Assembly: GCF_009914755.1 (NCBI RefSeq)
Contig: NC_060940.1
Source: the human T2T-CHM13v2.0 reference genome, Homo sapiens
Direction: 5' to 3' (one strand)
DNA length: 64,000 bases
The notes below the pieces were generated by a model. It did no database searches, was not told the origin of the DNA, and saw nothing but the letters and a program-made list of their open reading frames with translations. The position numbers and the translations under genes were made by a program. Positions 57,741 to 64,000 of the stretch are shown in pieces; the stretch's first letter is position 1, and each line of letters starts with the position of its first letter.

Positions 57741-58882
57741 ACATCTGGGAAATCCCCACTCAACCTTTAGTTATGAAGGTGAATGTTGTCACCTCTGGGA
57801 AACCTTCTCTGGTTCCTTCCTCCACCCTCATATGCCACCATGGACTACCCTTATTACACATAGCACCTCTCACGATGTATTGTATCAACTCACCTATCAG
57901 CGGCCCCTGAAGATCAAACCTCTAAGGGGTAGGCACTGTGGTTGCCTTGTTGAATCCTGTTTCCCCAGAGCTAGCACCACTCTTGACAAAAAGATTTTCA
58001 GTATATATTGCGTAAGTAGCTTAAAGAGCCACAAGTGCATCTGTCCTAGATTTTAGATATAAGATTTAATGTCATGTGATATCTTGTTCAATAAAGAAAA
58101 TTCATTGAATCACTAAATTTATTTTATCCCGAGTTTGGTCCTGGCAATAAATTCACAGCACAGATTTTATTTCTGTGGCCAGATTACACTCCTTCATGAA
58201 AATGAACAGAAAATGGTTAAACATGACCTATAAGTGAGGGAGTGTTACACACAGGATTGCAAACTCTGATATGTCACTACCACTTTTCAAAGATGCTCTT
58301 GAATTCCATTTGTCATTTCCTTTTCCAGGGAAAACTCACTTGAACAAAAGTGACACTTAAGTCAGAATGCATAGCAAGATGAAGTCAGTCAAGGTGACCA
58401 AGTTTGTGCTAACTTGCATCAGCTCTCTCCTCTAGGGTTGAGCCCTTCCTACATAATCCTGGCTTGGCATTTGTGGATTTGAAGTTTTCAATATTCCATA
58501 TAACTAGGGCCTCTGTGGGTGGTTGTTTAGGTTGCATTTTGCACAATCGTAGGCTCCAACCCTACTTGCCACTCCAGACTTCAAGAACTCATCTCTTCAG
58601 GGGTGTTATCTAAAAGACTCTGGGAAGTTTGGATGATTCAGGAGACTCTTTAGTGTCTTACCTCTAATGGGAGTATTTTAGTGGCTAAACCAATTCTTCA
58701 TGCTCACTATGTGACCCAGGTCTCTACAAAGAGGTTTGAGCAGGCCTGGAAAGGTTTGATTCACTCTAGAAAAAAAATATGTTTGACTGCCTGGCTACAT
58801 GCTCACAGTTCTCAGATCGAGTCAACACATTTACTGTCTATTACATTCATGGCACCATGCCCAGTGTTGAAATATAACCCAG

Positions 58883-59552
<670 letters not shown>

Positions 59553-59585
59553 TTATTTATAGCTGGAACATAGTAGGTGAGTGAG

Positions 59586-59985
59586 TGTATTAATTTGCTA
59601 AGGCTTCCATAGCGAAATACTACAGACTGAGTGGCTTAACCAACAGAAATTTACTTCCTCACAGCTCTGAGGCTAGAAGTCTGAGATCAAGGTGTTGGCA
59701 GGATTCGTTTTGTTGTTGTTGTCTTCCAAGTCTCTCTCCGCTTTGGCTTGTAGATGACCATCTTTTTCCTTCTGTCTTCCTCATGGTCTTCCCTTTGTGC
59801 ATGTCATTGTCTTAATCTCCTCTTCTTATTAAAAAACCAGTCATATTGAATTAGGGTACACCCTAATGACCTCATTTTAACTTAATCACCTCTTTAAAGA
59901 CTTTATTTCCAAGTACAGTTACATCTGAAGTGCTGGCGATTAGGGCTTCAGGATATGAATTTTGGGAGGAGGACAAATGAGTACC
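59586..59985 (-). mobile_element. MLT1B/C-type LTR
   Basis: tgtattaatttgctaaggct...gtggcttaaccaacagaaattt...ggatatgaattttggg. Confidence 0.75.
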
Positions 59986-60009
59986 CAAAATTCTGAGTTG
60001 CAATGCCCT

Positions 60010-60434
60010 TGTATTAGGCCACTCTCTCATTGCTATAAAGAAATACCTAAGACTGGGTAATTTATAAAAAAAAGAGGTGTCATTGGCTCATGGTTATGCA
60101 GGCTATACAAGAAGCATAGAGGCTTTGCTTCTGGGGAGGCCTCACCAGGAAGCTTCCAATCATAGTGGAAGGCAAAGGGGGAGCAAGCTTCTTACATGGC
60201 AGGAAGGGGAGCAGGGGAGAGAGAAAGGGGAGGGGCGCAACACACTCTTAAATAACCAGATCTCATGAGAACTCACTCACTATCTCCAGGACAGTACCGA
60301 GGAGATGGTGTTAAACCATTCATGAGAAATACACACTCTCACAATCCAATCACCTCTGACCGGGCCCCACATTCAACACTGGGGATTACGATTTAACATG
60401 AGATTTGGTGGGGACACAGATTCAAACCATATTA
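60010..60434 (-). mobile_element. MSTA solo LTR
   Basis: tgtattaggcc...ttcaaaccatatta; TSD g[c/t]cct. Confidence 0.85.
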
Positions 60435-60775
60435 GTCCTCATCTCTCAAATAGAGACGATGACACCTACCTCGGTGCAGGGGAAGCCCTTAGGACAGAGT
60501 AGGGGTTTGATTAATAAAAATATTCTTTCTGGTACCAGCTCAATGACCTGCCATTAATCCAGTTTCTGTTCTGGAGGCGGATGAGGGGAGGAGAGATGAC
60601 TCCCTCAGCCACTGGTCTGGTCTGGAATCTCTCTCTTCAAAGCATTGTCCCCATCCCACCAGCATCATTTGTGAGCTTTTTGGAAATGCAGAATCTCGGA
60701 CCCCACGCCAGATCTATACTGAGTCAGAAGCTCAGGTCCTTAGGTGATTCACACACAGGTTAAAATTGAGAAGCA

Positions 60776-61205
<430 letters not shown>

Positions 61206-62275
61206 TCAAGTCTATATAATCCTTCCTAATGTCATTTTCACCAGTAGACAAGAGGGGGAAACATTTTCTTAGAAAGACAAGTTTTAGTCTTGACATTTAA
61301 CCTCTGTAGTTTGTAACCTGTCAGTCAGGAGAACACTGAAGGTCATCTACCTGATCTTCATGCAGTTCAGGCTTCCCTGACTGCTCTTAAGAAGGTCATC
61401 AGGTCCAGCTCTGACTCTATGCAGCAGAGAAGCAAAACCATTGTGATGGGTCATTAACAAGAATCAGGCAGACAGTGTGGGTGGAAAATCATGGTCCAGA
61501 ATGTCAAATGTCTCTTAGGCCTACCAGGAGAGATGCTCAATTAATTCTGTCCTTTAGCACCCCCCTGAAAAGTTCTGCACATAAGAGCAACTCACTTTAT
61601 CGGCTCTTGGAGCTCACCTCTTTGTTACTGGCTTTAGCCTCAGCACCCTAAAATCTGAGGCCACTCCATCCAAACAAACCAAGAACATCCCGCTCTGGGT
61701 CAAAGGCTTTCAGCTGTGTTCATGCATTTGGAAGAAGGAGAACTTCTAGCCCCTGTAAAAAGAGTCTGCATCATTTTACACCGTGGCTTCCATCCCACTA
61801 TTCACCAGGGCTGCTCAGCGTTCTCAAACACAGTTAATACCACAAAGTCCATTAGTATCTCAGCCTGCTACCTTCTGCTTCCCAGACTGTGGTCTGCAAT
61901 CCCGACCTAGCCTCAGTGACAGCAGCCGCTGATGGAGCCCTTTAGGAGACAGTAACACCATTTCGTGTTCCTGTCCATGGGATTCTTATCAGTCTGGATG
62001 AATGGCTGAACAATTTTCTAGGCTCTTCGGTCTATTGCTCAGACACCTGGGAGTCCCATCCCCATGTCTTTTGCAATGCCTCATTTCTGGTAATTTATAA
62101 CACATTCACTGTTAAATATCCATCACAGAATGTCAGCCAGGCCTGTGCCTGGGATCTGTGTAACAGTGTTTCATTCTGTCCACCTTTTTAGGCACAGAAA
62201 TAGCCCTGCTGACCCAGAAGAAGCAGTCATATGGTTTGCATCTGGTTCTTGGGAGATGCTGGTATCAGAGAATGA

Positions 62276-63860
<1,585 letters not shown>

Positions 63861-63863
63861 GTA

Positions 63864-64000
63864 CAAATGCTCCTTTACTTATGATGGAGTTAAGTCATGA
63901 TAAACATAACTTGAAAATATTGTAAACTGACAATGCATTTAATATAATCAACCTACGAAACATCATAGTTTAGCCTAGCTTACTTTAAATGTGCTCAGAA
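63864..64000 (+). mobile_element. Tigger-family MITE (MER47-like), runs off the window end
   Basis: TA|caaatgctcctttacttatgatgg...catcatagtttagcctagc. Confidence 0.7.

Overview
Human (primate) genomic DNA, intergenic or deep-intronic and dominated by repeats. I see no convincing host protein-coding exon and no prokaryote-type system. The centrepiece is a full-length L1HS LINE-1 of the pre-Ta subset on the minus strand (~7928-14032) with a 15-bp TSD and open ORF1 (338 aa), ORF2 (1275 aa) and antisense ORF0 (71 aa). It has four unusual features: the endonuclease catalytic Glu43 is replaced by Val, the tail carries a short 3' transduction, the 5' UTR has a dense cluster of A:T>G:C changes, and ORF0 splice donor 2 is weakened. 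The rest holds about 20 Alus, solo LTRs (MST, THE1, MLT1, MER21, MER41-group, LTR16), DNA transposons (MER85, MER1A, MER20, MER47), old L1M/L2/MIR fragments and a tailless 5S rRNA retropseudogene. Several local templated-duplication or template-switch scars are not explained by repeat families: a 141-bp inverted copy with a 10-bp TSD, a ~96-bp direct repeat, two snippet patchworks and a perfect 24-bp palindrome. Repeat subfamily calls and consensus comparisons are from memory, not from computed alignments.
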